A stretch of DNA of 64,000 nucleotides from Prevotella sp. (GCF_036570325.1 NZ_DATCYK010000028.1:11526-75525), one strand, 5' to 3'; shown: positions 39,831 through 49,695, counted from the first letter of the stretch. The notes: a model not told the origin generated them from the sequence alone. Numbers and translations are program-made.

Positions 39831-40845
39831 TGCGGCCGGAGCCACGTCGATAGCGCTTTATCGACTGCCCGACGCGGCGGAGTATGTGCGCATGGAGCAA
39901 ACGAGGGGGCTGCCCCGGCGGCTTGGTTCGGTGGAGGAATTGGGCCGTGAGCGAGGTTTTGCCATGGTACCGTTCGACACGGAAGCCGAGCCGGTGGTGC
40001 TCTTGCGGCCCGATAGGGTGGAGGTGTGCCCGTTGGAGGCCGATGAGCCGATGACCGTGGAGACCGTCGCGGTCGACGGCGAGGGCGATCGCAGCCGCTA
40101 TGGGCATGATTTTCGGCGGTTCCATGAGGCGCTCTTTGACGGCAAGTTTCAAAAAATAGTGCTGGCCCGGCGCAGCGAACGGCTCATGAGCGAGGAGGTT
40201 GGGGCGGAGCGTCTCTTCCGTCATGCCTGCCATTTGTACCCTCATCAGATGGTGGCGCTCTTCAGTTCGCCCCTCACGGGCACGTGGCTCATGGCCACAC
40301 CCGAGGTGCTTTTGCGGGGCGATGGGCAGCGGTGGCACACCATGGCCTTGGCCGGCACCATGCCGACGGACGGGCCTTGGAGCGAGAAAAACAAGGAGGA
40401 GCAGGCCTTTGTGGCCACGTATATAGAACAATGTCTGCGCCGACGGGCCACGGACGTGACCCTCTCGCCCACTTACACCCGCACGGCGGCACGGCTGTTC
40501 CATCTCTGTACCGATTTCAGTTTCGGCCTGCCATCGTCCCGGTGCGTCGGTCCGTTGCTCGAGGAGCTGTTTCCCACGCCCGCCGTCTGTGGCATTCCCA
40601 AGGACCGGGCCCGCCGTTTCATTCGGCAAAACGAGTCGGCGCCCCGCAGTTATTACAGCGGTTTTCTCGGTCCTATCGACCCTTTGGGCACCACGGAGCT
40701 TTACGTTTCGTTGCGCTGCGTGCGCATTGAGGGTTGTCGGCTCAGCCTTTTCGCCGGGGGCGGACTGCTTACCGAGAGCCAAGAAAACAAGGAATGGGCC
40801 GAAACCGAAGCCAAATTGAAAACGATTTCGCATGTTTTTGAATGA
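39763..40845 (+). CDS. menF: Isochorismate synthase (start codon uncertain)
   Basis: QKIVLAR, WLMATPE, MALAGT, HLCT, LFPTPAVCG, LYVSLRC, LFAGGG. Confidence 0.9.
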   Translation: MKTEESFSQNNSPLIEGENQILHAAGATSIALYRLPDAAEYVRMEQTRGLPRRLGSVEELGRERGFAMVPFDTEAEPVVLLRPDRVEVCPLEADEPMTVETVAVDGEGDRSRYGHDFRRFHEALFDGKFQKIVLARRSERLMSEEVGAERLFRHACHLYPHQMVALFSSPLTGTWLMATPEVLLRGDGQRWHTMALAGTMPTDGPWSEKNKEEQAFVATYIEQCLRRRATDVTLSPTYTRTAARLFHLCTDFSFGLPSSRCVGPLLEELFPTPAVCGIPKDRARRFIRQNESAPRSYYSGFLGPIDPLGTTELYVSLRCVRIEGCRLSLFAGGGLLTESQENKEWAETEAKLKTISHVFE

Positions 40846-40880
40846 TCGATAAGGCTTTGGAAAATCAGTCATTGGCATGT

Positions 40881-40916
40881 TGTCGGACCAGTTGGATCGG
40901 TCAGACCAGTCTGATA
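40881..40916. repeat. Family A array inside the men operon
   Basis: tgtcggaccagttggatcggtcagaccagtctga. Confidence 0.8.
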
Positions 40917-41008
40917 ACGCATGCTTCAAATCAGCTGCTTGCATGATTTTAAAGTCGACCCCCCATGCTTTCAATCAGCCATAGATATTTTTAAAATACT
41001 AAAATCGC

Positions 41009-42721
41009 ATGTTCTCTGATAAGGAAAATATAAATATTCTCACGTCGTTGCTCATAGGTCATGGCGTGAAACATGCCGTGGTATGTCCCGGGAGCAGGAA
41101 TGCGCCCATTGTGCACAACCTTGACGAGGCGCCCGAAATCACGTGCCACTCGGTTACGGATGAGCGCTCGGCGGCGTTTTATGCCCTCGGTATGGCCGAG
41201 ACTACGGGCAGCCCGGTGGCGGTGTGCGTCACTTCGGGCACGGCGTTGCTCAATGTGTTGCCCGCCGTGGCGGAGGCTTTTTACCGCCATGTGGCCTTAG
41301 TGGTGGTGTCGGCCGACCGTCCCGCGGCGTGGATAGGCCAGCAGGACGGGCAGACATTGCCCCAGCCCGACGCCTTGGGACGCTTTGTGACGAAGGCGGT
41401 GAGCCTACCCGAGCCGATGGATGAGGACGGGCGGCGTTATTGTAACCGACTTGTCAATGAGGCGCTCATCGCCGCCAAGCGCCACGGGGGACGGCCCGTG
41501 CATATCAATGTGCCCATCAGCGAGCCGCTGTTCGCGTTTACCAAGGTCGGGTTGCCCCGTGAGCGGGTTATCCGAATGGTGGAGGCCACGGAGAGCGCGG
41601 ACTGCCATGAGGCGCCGGGAGCGGCTCTTTTATCGGCCCAAAGGCCCATGATTGTCGTGGGACAGTTGGCCTTTGACGAGGCCGAAAAGGTGAGTCGGGC
41701 CGTGCGAAGGCTGCGGACTGACGTGGTGGTTGTGGGCGAATGTCTCTCGCTGGCGGGCGATGAGGCGGATGGCGGGTTGGCTGACGACGGCCGACCGATG
41801 GCCCCGCAGCACGTGGATAAGGTGCTGGCACAGCTGGGCGAGGGCGTGGCCGACTATCTGCCCGACTTCATTCTCTACGTCGGAGGCACGCTGGTGAGCA
41901 AGCGTCTCAAGCAATTCCTGCGCCAAGCTGTGCAGGTCCGCACGTGGATTGTGAACCGGGGAGGCGAGGTGTACGATACTTTCCTTAATTTGGAGGGCGT
42001 CGTCGATGGTCGGTGTGGCTGCGTGTTGGAAAATATAGCCACCGATTTGCCGCGGCGCAAGGCTTGTGGCGACATGGCCATTGACCCGGCTTTCGTCGGC
42101 CGATGGGCCGCGGCTTTCCGTCGGGCGGCGCAGGCTTTCGGCCGTTTCGTGCCCCGTTACTCGCAGCTTTCGGCCGTCAAGGCGTTCTTTAAGGGCCTTC
42201 CGGCCCGTCGACCTTACACCATCCATGCCGCCAACAGCATGTCGGTGAGGCTCGTGGGACTGTTTGCCACGGGCCACGTCATGTGCAACCGGGGTGTCAA
42301 CGGCATTGAGGGATCGCTCTCCACGGCCGCGGGCAGTTCGCTGGTGGGCCTTACGGAGACGTTCTGTGTCATCGGCGACCTCAGTTTTTTCTATGATCAA
42401 AACGCCTTGTGGCCCCGTTTGGGTCGCAATTTCAAGGTGTTGTTGCTCAATAATCATGGCGGTGGAATCTTCGCCACGCTGCCCGGTCTGCCGTCGAGCG
42501 GTGCCTATGAGGCTCACGTGGCGGCCCGTCATGGGCTTTCGGCGCAAGGTATCTGTGCCCAGTGTGGGGTGGATTATCTCGCCGCCCATGACGCCCGGGA
42601 GCTTGAGGAAGCCATGGCGGCGTTCATGCGCACGGGGAATGAGCGGCCCGTGGTGCTGGAAGTATTTACCGACAGCAACACGGACGCAGAAGTAATGAAA
42701 GAATATTATCAATCAAAATAA
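41009..42721 (+). CDS. menD: SEPHCHC synthase
   Basis: [23 protein letters not shown]-like [32 protein letters not shown]. Confidence 0.95.
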   Translation: MFSDKENINILTSLLIGHGVKHAVVCPGSRNAPIVHNLDEAPEITCHSVTDERSAAFYALGMAETTGSPVAVCVTSGTALLNVLPAVAEAFYRHVALVVVSADRPAAWIGQQDGQTLPQPDALGRFVTKAVSLPEPMDEDGRRYCNRLVNEALIAAKRHGGRPVHINVPISEPLFAFTKVGLPRERVIRMVEATESADCHEAPGAALLSAQRPMIVVGQLAFDEAEKVSRAVRRLRTDVVVVGECLSLAGDEADGGLADDGRPMAPQHVDKVLAQLGEGVADYLPDFILYVGGTLVSKRLKQFLRQAVQVRTWIVNRGGEVYDTFLNLEGVVDGRCGCVLENIATDLPRRKACGDMAIDPAFVGRWAAAFRRAAQAFGRFVPRYSQLSAVKAFFKGLPARRPYTIHAANSMSVRLVGLFATGHVMCNRGVNGIEGSLSTAAGSSLVGLTETFCVIGDLSFFYDQNALWPRLGRNFKVLLLNNHGGGIFATLPGLPSSGAYEAHVAARHGLSAQGICAQCGVDYLAAHDARELEEAMAAFMRTGNERPVVLEVFTDSNTDAEVMKEYYQSK

Positions 42722-42723
42722 AT

Positions 42724-43548
42724 ATGAAAAGAGAATGGAAAACCATCGAAGGGTTTGATTTCAAGGAAATCCTCTTTGAAGAATACAATCACATTGCCAA
42801 GATAACCATCAACCGTGAGCGCTACCGCAACGCCTTCACGCCGCTTACGACGTGGGAGATGAGTCAAGCGTTGAGCTACTGCCGTGAGGCCGCCGACGTG
42901 AGGGTGGTCATCCTTACCGGTGCGGGCGACAAGGCGTTTTGCTCGGGTGGCGACATGAACGTGAAGGGACGGGGCGGCTATGTGGGCACCGACGGCGTGC
43001 CACGGCTCAACGTGCTCGACGTGCAGATGCAGATTCGACGCCTGCCCAAGCCCGTCATCGCCATGGTCAACGGCTACGCCATCGGGGGCGGACATGTGCT
43101 CCACGTGATGTGCGACTTGACGATCGCCTCGGAGAATGCCATCTTCGGACAGACGGGACCCAAGGTTGGCTCGTTCGACGCGGGCTTTGGCGCCAGCTAT
43201 CTGGCCCGTATGGTGGGACAGAAAAAGGCCCGTGAGATATGGTTTTTGTGCAAACAGTACACTGCCCGTGAGGCGGAGCAGATGGGAATGGTCAACCGTG
43301 TGGTTCCCTTCGATGCGCTTGAGGACGCTTGTGTGGAGTGGGCTGAGGTGATGATGGAGCGCTCTCCGCTGGCCCTTCGCATGATCAAGGCGGGTCTCAA
43401 CGCCGAGCTCGACGGGCAGGCGGGCATTCAGGAGCTGGCCGGTGACGCCACCATGCTGTATTACACCATGGATGAGGCGCAGGAAGGAGGCCGTGCTTTC
43501 CTCGAGAAACGCAAGCCCGACTTCGATAAGTATCCGCAGTTTCCGTGA
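42724..43548 (+). CDS. menB: 1,4-dihydroxy-2-naphthoyl-CoA synthase
   Basis: [34 protein letters not shown]. Confidence 0.97.
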   Translation: MKREWKTIEGFDFKEILFEEYNHIAKITINRERYRNAFTPLTTWEMSQALSYCREAADVRVVILTGAGDKAFCSGGDMNVKGRGGYVGTDGVPRLNVLDVQMQIRRLPKPVIAMVNGYAIGGGHVLHVMCDLTIASENAIFGQTGPKVGSFDAGFGASYLARMVGQKKAREIWFLCKQYTAREAEQMGMVNRVVPFDALEDACVEWAEVMMERSPLALRMIKAGLNAELDGQAGIQELAGDATMLYYTMDEAQEGGRAFLEKRKPDFDKYPQFP

Positions 43549-43568
43549 TGAGGGGGCTTTTTCTTTTG

Positions 43569-43645
43569 GTCGGACGGGTCAGACTAGTCCGACCGGTCCG
43601 ACCAGTCCGAGCTCCATGAGCGGCAATGCCGCTCCTTATCCCCCT
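43569..43645. repeat. Family A array plus hairpin between menB and menC
   Basis: gtcggacgggtcagactagtccgaccggtccgaccagtccga; gagcggc-aat-gccgctc. Confidence 0.85.
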
Positions 43646-43673
43646 TTTATTACCAATAATCTCCTCTCTTCCT

Positions 43674-45719
43674 ATGCTTAAAATAACCATTACCGACCGC
43701 ACGCTTCACTTCAAACAGCCGGCCGGAACGTCGAGGGGCGTGTATCTCACACGCCACAGTTACTACCTTACACTGACCGACTCGGAGCGGCCGGGACTGA
43801 CGGGTGTGGGCGAATGTGCGCCCTTGCCCCGGCTCTCGTGTGACGATTTGCCCGATTACAGTCGGATTTTGAGAGAAATGTGTGACCTCGTGGAGCAGTC
43901 GGGCGCTATCCCCTATGAGCGGTTGCGGCCTTATCCGAGCATGCTGTTTGGCTTGGAAACGGCGTTCGCGCAGCTCGAGGCGCAGGGTAGCACCGCCTTG
44001 TTCGACACCCCCTTTGGCCGTGGTGAGGAGGGCATTCCTATCAACGGACTGGTATGGATGGGCACGTTCGACGAGATGATGGGGCGCTTGGAGGCGAAGC
44101 TCGAGGAGGGATTTCGCTGCGTGAAGCTCAAGATTGGCGCCATCGACTTCGACCGTGAGCTGGCGCTTATACGCCACATACGCCGGCGTTTCACGAAAGA
44201 GGAGGTGGAATTGCGGGTCGACGCCAACGGCGGATTCACCCCTCAAGAGGCCATGGGGCGCTTGGAGGCGCTGTCACGTTTTGACATCCATTCCATCGAA
44301 CAGCCCATACGCCAACGCCAATGGGCTGACATGGCCCGTCTGTGCGCCCATTCGCCGCTGCCCATCGCCCTCGACGAGGAGCTGATAGGGGTCAACTCTA
44401 AGGAGGAAAAAGAGCGGTTGCTCGACACGATACGGCCTCAATACATCATCCTTAAACCGAGTTTGCACGGGGGTATGAGGGGTTCGGAGGAATGGATAAG
44501 GCTGGCCCGCCGGCGAGGCATAGGCAGTTGGATAACCTCGGCCTTGGAAAGCAACGTGGGACTGAACGCCATCGCCCATTTCTGCGCTAAGGTATATGGT
44601 CCTGCCATCACCATGGCGCAGGGCTTGGGAACGGGCCAACTCTTCACCGATAATATCGAAATGCCTTTGGAAATCAAGGGAGACAAACTGTGGGCCGGGG
44701 CCACGCTGGCCTCGTTCATGAGCGAGTGGCGGGACAGTAGTCCCACGGTGACAGTGCGCACGAGTGGCAGCACGGGGCAGCCCAAGGCCATGCGGGTGGA
44801 GAAAAGGCGCATGCTGGCGTCGGCCCGCATCACGTGTGACTTCCTCGGACTGCGGCCCGGATGCACGGCCTTGCTCTGTATGAAGCTCGACTATATAGCG
44901 GGCAAGATGATGGTGGTGCGCGGTTTGGAGCGGGGCATGCGGCTCATCAGCGTGCCACCCGACGGCCATCCCTTGGCCGCGTTGGGCGAGGGGCAGGCTC
45001 CCGACTTCGCGGCGATGGTGCCGTTGCAGGTATATAATTCGTTAAAAGTGGAGAAAGAGCGCCGTTTGCTCGGCCAAATCGGCCATCTCATCATCGGCGG
45101 TGGCGCCATTGACGACGACTTGGAACGGCGGCTGAAGCGCCTTCCCAACGCCGTATGGAGCAGTTATGGCATGACCGAGACGCTGTCGCACATTGCCCTG
45201 CGCCGTGTTTCGGGCCCGCAAAGCAGCTCGTGGTACACGCCGTTCGACAGTGTCAGCGTGGCGCTGAATGAGGAAGGATGTCTCGTTATCCATGCTCCCG
45301 AGGTGTGCGACGGCCTCCTCGTGACCAACGACCGGGCCGAGCTGCGGACCACCGATGGACCCGACGGGCGGCCGTTGACACAATTCAGGATTCTCGGAAG
45401 AAAGGATAATGTGATAGATTCGGGGGGAATAAAAATACAAATAGAGGAAGTGGAGCAAGCGCTGCGGCCCTTCCTGCGCCATCCTTTCATGATAACCAAG
45501 CGCCCCGACGCTAAATTTGGCGAGGCCATAGTGCTGCTGACCGAGCATAGCGACATGGCGGAGGTGAGCGAGATATGTATGAACTGCTTGCCCAAATATT
45601 GGGTGCCACGCCATTATGTGCACGTGGAGCGTCTGCCCCTCACCCCTACCGGCAAGCCCGCAAGGAAGGAAGCGGAGCGGTTGGCGGAAGAATCGGTCGG
45701 ACTAGTCGGACTGGTCTGA
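43674..45719 (+). CDS. menC-menE: Fused o-succinylbenzoate synthase / OSB-CoA ligase (MenC-MenE)
   Basis: enolase-family KLKIG, RVDANG, IALDEELI, ILKPS, then ANL ligase TSGSTG, YGMTET, GRKDNVIDSGG, TGKP; one continuous frame; start moved to MLKITI. Confidence 0.9.
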   Translation: MLKITITDRTLHFKQPAGTSRGVYLTRHSYYLTLTDSERPGLTGVGECAPLPRLSCDDLPDYSRILREMCDLVEQSGAIPYERLRPYPSMLFGLETAFAQLEAQGSTALFDTPFGRGEEGIPINGLVWMGTFDEMMGRLEAKLEEGFRCVKLKIGAIDFDRELALIRHIRRRFTKEEVELRVDANGGFTPQEAMGRLEALSRFDIHSIEQPIRQRQWADMARLCAHSPLPIALDEELIGVNSKEEKERLLDTIRPQYIILKPSLHGGMRGSEEWIRLARRRGIGSWITSALESNVGLNAIAHFCAKVYGPAITMAQGLGTGQLFTDNIEMPLEIKGDKLWAGATLASFMSEWRDSSPTVTVRTSGSTGQPKAMRVEKRRMLASARITCDFLGLRPGCTALLCMKLDYIAGKMMVVRGLERGMRLISVPPDGHPLAALGEGQAPDFAAMVPLQVYNSLKVEKERRLLGQIGHLIIGGGAIDDDLERRLKRLPNAVWSSYGMTETLSHIALRRVSGPQSSSWYTPFDSVSVALNEEGCLVIHAPEVCDGLLVTNDRAELRTTDGPDGRPLTQFRILGRKDNVIDSGGIKIQIEEVEQALRPFLRHPFMITKRPDAKFGEAIVLLTEHSDMAEVSEICMNCLPKYWVPRHYVHVERLPLTPTGKPARKEAERLAEESVGLVGLV

Positions 45720-45739
45720 CCGGTCAGACTAGTCCGACA
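45695..45739. repeat. Family A array overlapping the menE 3' end
   Basis: tcggtcggactagtcggactggtctga encodes SVGLVGLV-stop. Confidence 0.9.
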
Positions 45740-45755
45740 AAGCTGTGGAAGGCCT

Positions 45756-46505
45756 TTAGGCCTCAATCACACTCACCGTCATGGTGATGTCGTTAAGCGG
45801 CCGGTCGTCGGGCGAAGTGGCGCACTGCTGTATGCGCTCCACGACGTCGAGGCCCTCGATCACCTCACCGAACACGGTGTATTGGTTGTCGAGGAAGGGC
45901 GTGCCGCCCATGGTGGTGTAGGCATGGGTCTGCTCCGGCGTGAAAGCGGGCCGCCCCATGGCCTTACATTCGGCCTTGGTGTCGGCGATGATTTGGTCCT
46001 GCAAGGCCTGCAAACCGGCCCGGTCGCGCTTGCGGCGCAGGTCCATGATGGCGTCATGGTGGAGCCGTGCCAGCTTGTCGAACACTTGTTGCTCCTGCTG
46101 CATGGCCATTTGGCGCTCCATCTGCTTGAGTTCGGCAGGTTTGTAGGTTTTTCCCCACACGATGTAAAACTGGCTGCCGCTGCTCTCCCGCTGCGGGTTG
46201 ACTTCGTCGCCAAGGCGGGCCGCGCTCAGCGCACCACGCTTATGGAAGCGTTGGGGATAAGCAAACTCGGCCGGAAGCGTGTAGTCGGGGCCGCCCGTTC
46301 CGAGCCGTTTGCCCTTGGGAGCGCCCTTGCTGTCGGGGTCGCCACCCTGAATCATGAAGTCCTTGATGACCCGATGGAAAAGCGTTCCATCGAAATAGCC
46401 CTCCCGGGCCAGCTTAATGAAGTTGTCACGGTGGGCGGGCGTCTCGTCGTAAAGGCTGACGAGGATGTCGCCTTCGGTAGTGCTGATTTTGATGTTTGTA
46501 GGCAT
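45756..46505 (-). CDS. Cyclophilin-type peptidyl-prolyl isomerase with helical insertion
   Basis: LFHRVIKDFMIQGGD, SSGSQFYIV, LDNQYTVFGEV; start moved to MPTNIK. Confidence 0.92.
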   Translation of the reverse strand: MPTNIKISTTEGDILVSLYDETPAHRDNFIKLAREGYFDGTLFHRVIKDFMIQGGDPDSKGAPKGKRLGTGGPDYTLPAEFAYPQRFHKRGALSAARLGDEVNPQRESSGSQFYIVWGKTYKPAELKQMERQMAMQQEQQVFDKLARLHHDAIMDLRRKRDRAGLQALQDQIIADTKAECKAMGRPAFTPEQTHAYTTMGGTPFLDNQYTVFGEVIEGLDVVERIQQCATSPDDRPLNDITMTVSVIEA

Positions 46506-46536
46506 AAAAAAGTCTTTAATCGTGTTGTGGCCCGGC

Positions 46537-46620
46537 GGGAGCTGCTCTCTTATGAAATGAAAGTAGGCCTTTCGCCGCATGGGAGCTGCCCTTTTATGAA
46601 ATGGGAGCTGTCCTTTTATC
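46537..46620. repeat. Three gggagctg..ttat copies at 44- and 22-bp spacing
   Basis: starts at 46537, 46581, 46603. Confidence 0.75.
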
Positions 46621-46756
46621 GGGCGGAGTATTTCCTTATATTTATAAGGAGCGGCCGTCGGGACGTTGTAATGCTTCGCAAATTTAGGAAGATTATCGGA
46701 TTGTGACAAAATAATAATCATCTTTTTTGAGTATTGCAGATGATTTCCGAGGATTG

Positions 46757-46800
46757 TAATTTTGCATAAAAAATCGGAAACATGTGGAATTATGCAAAAT
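46757..46800 (+). promoter_or_regulatory. Promoter box TAATTTTG overlapped by a perfect 11-bp inverted repeat (candidate operator)
   Basis: attttgcataa 46759-46769, 20-bp spacer, ttatgcaaaat 46790-46800. Confidence 0.65.
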
Positions 46801-46960
46801 CAAGAACAATCTTGAAGTGTGGAAATCCTGCGGCGTAGGCTTCGTCTACCTGCCTTGTAGAACGGTTATTTAAAGCGAAAGACAGTACATTGGCTCATCA
46901 TAGGAATGAGGATGGCCTGCGTTCTATAGTTGTATATTAACTCAAAAATTATTGTAAACA

Positions 46961-49303
46961 ATGAAAATCAATTGCAGATATTTCATCGCAATGCTCCTTG
47001 TTTTTATTCTTTCCCTCGCCCCCTGCCTTGCCCAGAGCGGTCAGGAGCGCGTGATTAAGGTGACCGTGGTGGAGAAAGGCACGCTCGAACCCGTGGTGGG
47101 CGCCGTGGTGAGAGAGGGAAAGAAGATGTACGTTACCGACGGCTCGGGCTGTTGCTCGGTGCGATGTGACGCCTCGGGACGGGTGGTGCTCTCGGTGAGG
47201 TCGCTCGAATACGAGGAGATTATTGCCCATCCTTATGTGGTGAAAGACGGCTCGGGGCTGACCATTTACCTCCGTCGGTCGGTTAAAATGCTCGGTACGG
47301 TCAACGTGGAGGCCCAAAGGAAACAGACCTCCGTGCTGCAACAAGTGGCCAAAATCGACGCCAAGACGCTCGAGAAAAGCTCCGCCCTGTCGTTGGCGCA
47401 GCTCTTGGAGAAGGTGCCCGGCGTGAGTAGTATCAGTTCGGGCAACGCTGTGGCCAAGCCGGTGATACAAGGTATGCACAGCAGTCGCATTCTCTTGGTC
47501 AACAACGGCGTACGATTAGAGAGTCAGAACTGGGGCATTGACCACGCGCCCGAGATAGATCATACGGCCTCAAGCATAGTGGAGGTGATCAAAGGGGCCG
47601 AATCCATACGCTATGGTTACGGCGCCGTGGGTGGCGTTGTGCTGCTCGATCAGGCTCCGTTGCCCTTTGGCGCCGAGCGGTTGAAGGTGAAGGGCGTGGC
47701 CAACGTGGGCTACTCCACCAACAGCAACGCCTATGACGGGGCGGCGACGATGGATTTCGGTTATAAGAAAACGGGTCTCCGCCTGCACGGCATGTACCAA
47801 CGGGCCGGCGATTACCGCACCGCCGAATACCGACTTAACAACACCGGATACAAGAACATCAGCCTCTCGGCCCTCTTGGGCTATCGCACCAACCGCCTCA
47901 CGGCCAAGCTCTTTGCCTCGTTGTACTACTCGAGGAGCGGCGTGTATTACGGCAGCAACGTGTCGGACATGGACCAACTCTTGGCCCGCTTCATGCGGGG
48001 AAGGCCCGAGGAGAATACCATCCGCCCCTTCAGTTACCACATAGAGCCGCCTTTCCAGCAGTCGCAGCACGTCACGATGAAGGCCGACGCCACGTGGGAC
48101 GTGGCCCAAAGGCACAGCCTTATCTTCAGTCTTTCGTTTCAAGAGAACCTTCGGCAGGAGTTCGAGAATCGTAAAATAAAGCGTTTCAGTTGGATTCCCG
48201 TGCAGGATTTGCGGCTCAAGACCTTCAACGGCGAGGCGATATGGAATGCCAATTGGACGCCCTCCATGGTGTCGCAGTTAGGCGTTTCGGGCATGTACCA
48301 GACCAATTTCAACGTCCCCGGCACCAAACAGCCGGCCTTCATTCCCAACTTCGCCGCCCTCACCACGGGCTTCTTCCTGCTCCATAAGATGACCTTCGGG
48401 CGGCTGATGTGCTCCGCCGGCATGCGCTACGACATGCGGGGGCTCGACGTGAACGGCTATACCAGCCTATCGAGTTTCCAATATTACGACGATTTTAAGG
48501 TGTATAGCAACTTCACCGGCAGCCTCGCGGCCCACTATCAGTTCAACGATAACCTCGACGCACGCCTCAACATAGGCTGGGCTTGGCGCCCGCCCGACAT
48601 CAATGAGCTTTACGCCGGCGGCCTGCACAACGGCACTTACTGGGTCGTGGGCAATCGGGAGCTGACCAGCGAGCGAGGTTACAAGGCCGTGATGGGCGCC
48701 CGTTATCGTACGACATGGTTCTCCATAGAGCCCGGCATGTTCTTTCAAAACATCACGAACTACATTTATGACTGCATAGGCAGTGGCAACGACCGCTTCC
48801 ATAACCACCCCAGCGGCAAGTATCCTAAGTTTGTTTACGGGCAGGACAACGCCCGCTTCATCGGTGGCGACGTGGTGGCGACGGTGCGACCGATAGAGAG
48901 TTTGACGTTGAGTGCCAAGGGCGAGTGGATCAGCGCCCGCAACTTGTCGCAAAAGGCGTGGATGCCTTTCATGCCGTCGGACAGGTATGAGTTGGCCGCC
49001 GATTACCAAACGACGATTGGAAAGAGATGGCACGCCGGATTGGTGGTCGAAGGTCGATATGTAACCAAGCAGACACGCTTCGACCCGGTGAAAGACTTGG
49101 TGCCCGACACGCCGCCCGCCTACTTCCTCCTCGGTGGCTCGGCGGAGGCCTCAACAGAGCTTCCGGGTGGCACGAAGCTCAAGTTCGTCCTCGTGGGCGA
49201 CAACGTCCTGAACCGTCTTTACAAGGAATATACCGACCGCTTCAGGTACTATGCCCATGAGCGGGGCGCCAAATTCACCCTGAGAACCATCGTAACGTTT
49301 TGA
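46961..49303 (+). CDS. TonB-dependent receptor (non-SusC type)
   Basis: signal peptide, N-terminal carboxypeptidase-like domain, plug (PVIQGMHSSRILLVNNGV, EVIKGAESIRYG), barrel ending in Phe. Confidence 0.92.
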   Translation: MKINCRYFIAMLLVFILSLAPCLAQSGQERVIKVTVVEKGTLEPVVGAVVREGKKMYVTDGSGCCSVRCDASGRVVLSVRSLEYEEIIAHPYVVKDGSGLTIYLRRSVKMLGTVNVEAQRKQTSVLQQVAKIDAKTLEKSSALSLAQLLEKVPGVSSISSGNAVAKPVIQGMHSSRILLVNNGVRLESQNWGIDHAPEIDHTASSIVEVIKGAESIRYGYGAVGGVVLLDQAPLPFGAERLKVKGVANVGYSTNSNAYDGAATMDFGYKKTGLRLHGMYQRAGDYRTAEYRLNNTGYKNISLSALLGYRTNRLTAKLFASLYYSRSGVYYGSNVSDMDQLLARFMRGRPEENTIRPFSYHIEPPFQQSQHVTMKADATWDVAQRHSLIFSLSFQENLRQEFENRKIKRFSWIPVQDLRLKTFNGEAIWNANWTPSMVSQLGVSGMYQTNFNVPGTKQPAFIPNFAALTTGFFLLHKMTFGRLMCSAGMRYDMRGLDVNGYTSLSSFQYYDDFKVYSNFTGSLAAHYQFNDNLDARLNIGWAWRPPDINELYAGGLHNGTYWVVGNRELTSERGYKAVMGARYRTTWFSIEPGMFFQNITNYIYDCIGSGNDRFHNHPSGKYPKFVYGQDNARFIGGDVVATVRPIESLTLSAKGEWISARNLSQKAWMPFMPSDRYELAADYQTTIGKRWHAGLVVEGRYVTKQTRFDPVKDLVPDTPPAYFLLGGSAEASTELPGGTKLKFVLVGDNVLNRLYKEYTDRFRYYAHERGAKFTLRTIVTF

Positions 49304-49314
49304 TGAAAGAGTTT

Positions 49315-49695
49315 TTTAGTTGACGAGTAAACAAGTTGACGAGTTGACAAGTTGTTAGTTTTAAGTTGATAAGTTGATGGTTGAAGTTGACGAGCTACGA
49401 GTTAATGAGTAAACAAGTTGATGGAAACTATCTCTTGAATGCAATTTTATAGTTTATGAAAATACGATTTAATGATTTTAAAAGCAGCCTTATTACCTCT
49501 TAATAGTGGCTTAATCGCCGCTTAAAAGCGGCCTAATGGCGAGGTAAAAGGGCTGTAATCACTAATAACTTGTTCACTCGTTAACTTGTCAACTCGTCAA
49601 CTAAAACCTCGTTTACTCGTCCACTAAGCCATCAACTTGTCAACTCATTAACTTGTATCTCGTCAACTAAAACCTCCCAACTCGTCAACTAAAAT
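49315..49695. repeat. Composite element: inverted family C arrays around an 11-bp-period core
   Basis: gttgacgagtaaacaag... (49318-49425) versus ...cttgtcaactcgtcaac (49570-49692); core aaaagcagcct/tattacctctt/aatagtggctt/aatcgccgctt/aaaagcggcct. Confidence 0.85.

Noticed and set aside
46800-46960. Cobalamin or TPP riboswitch before the TonB receptor
   Set aside because: Conserved cores (B12 box, TGAGA/CTGA..) not found by eye
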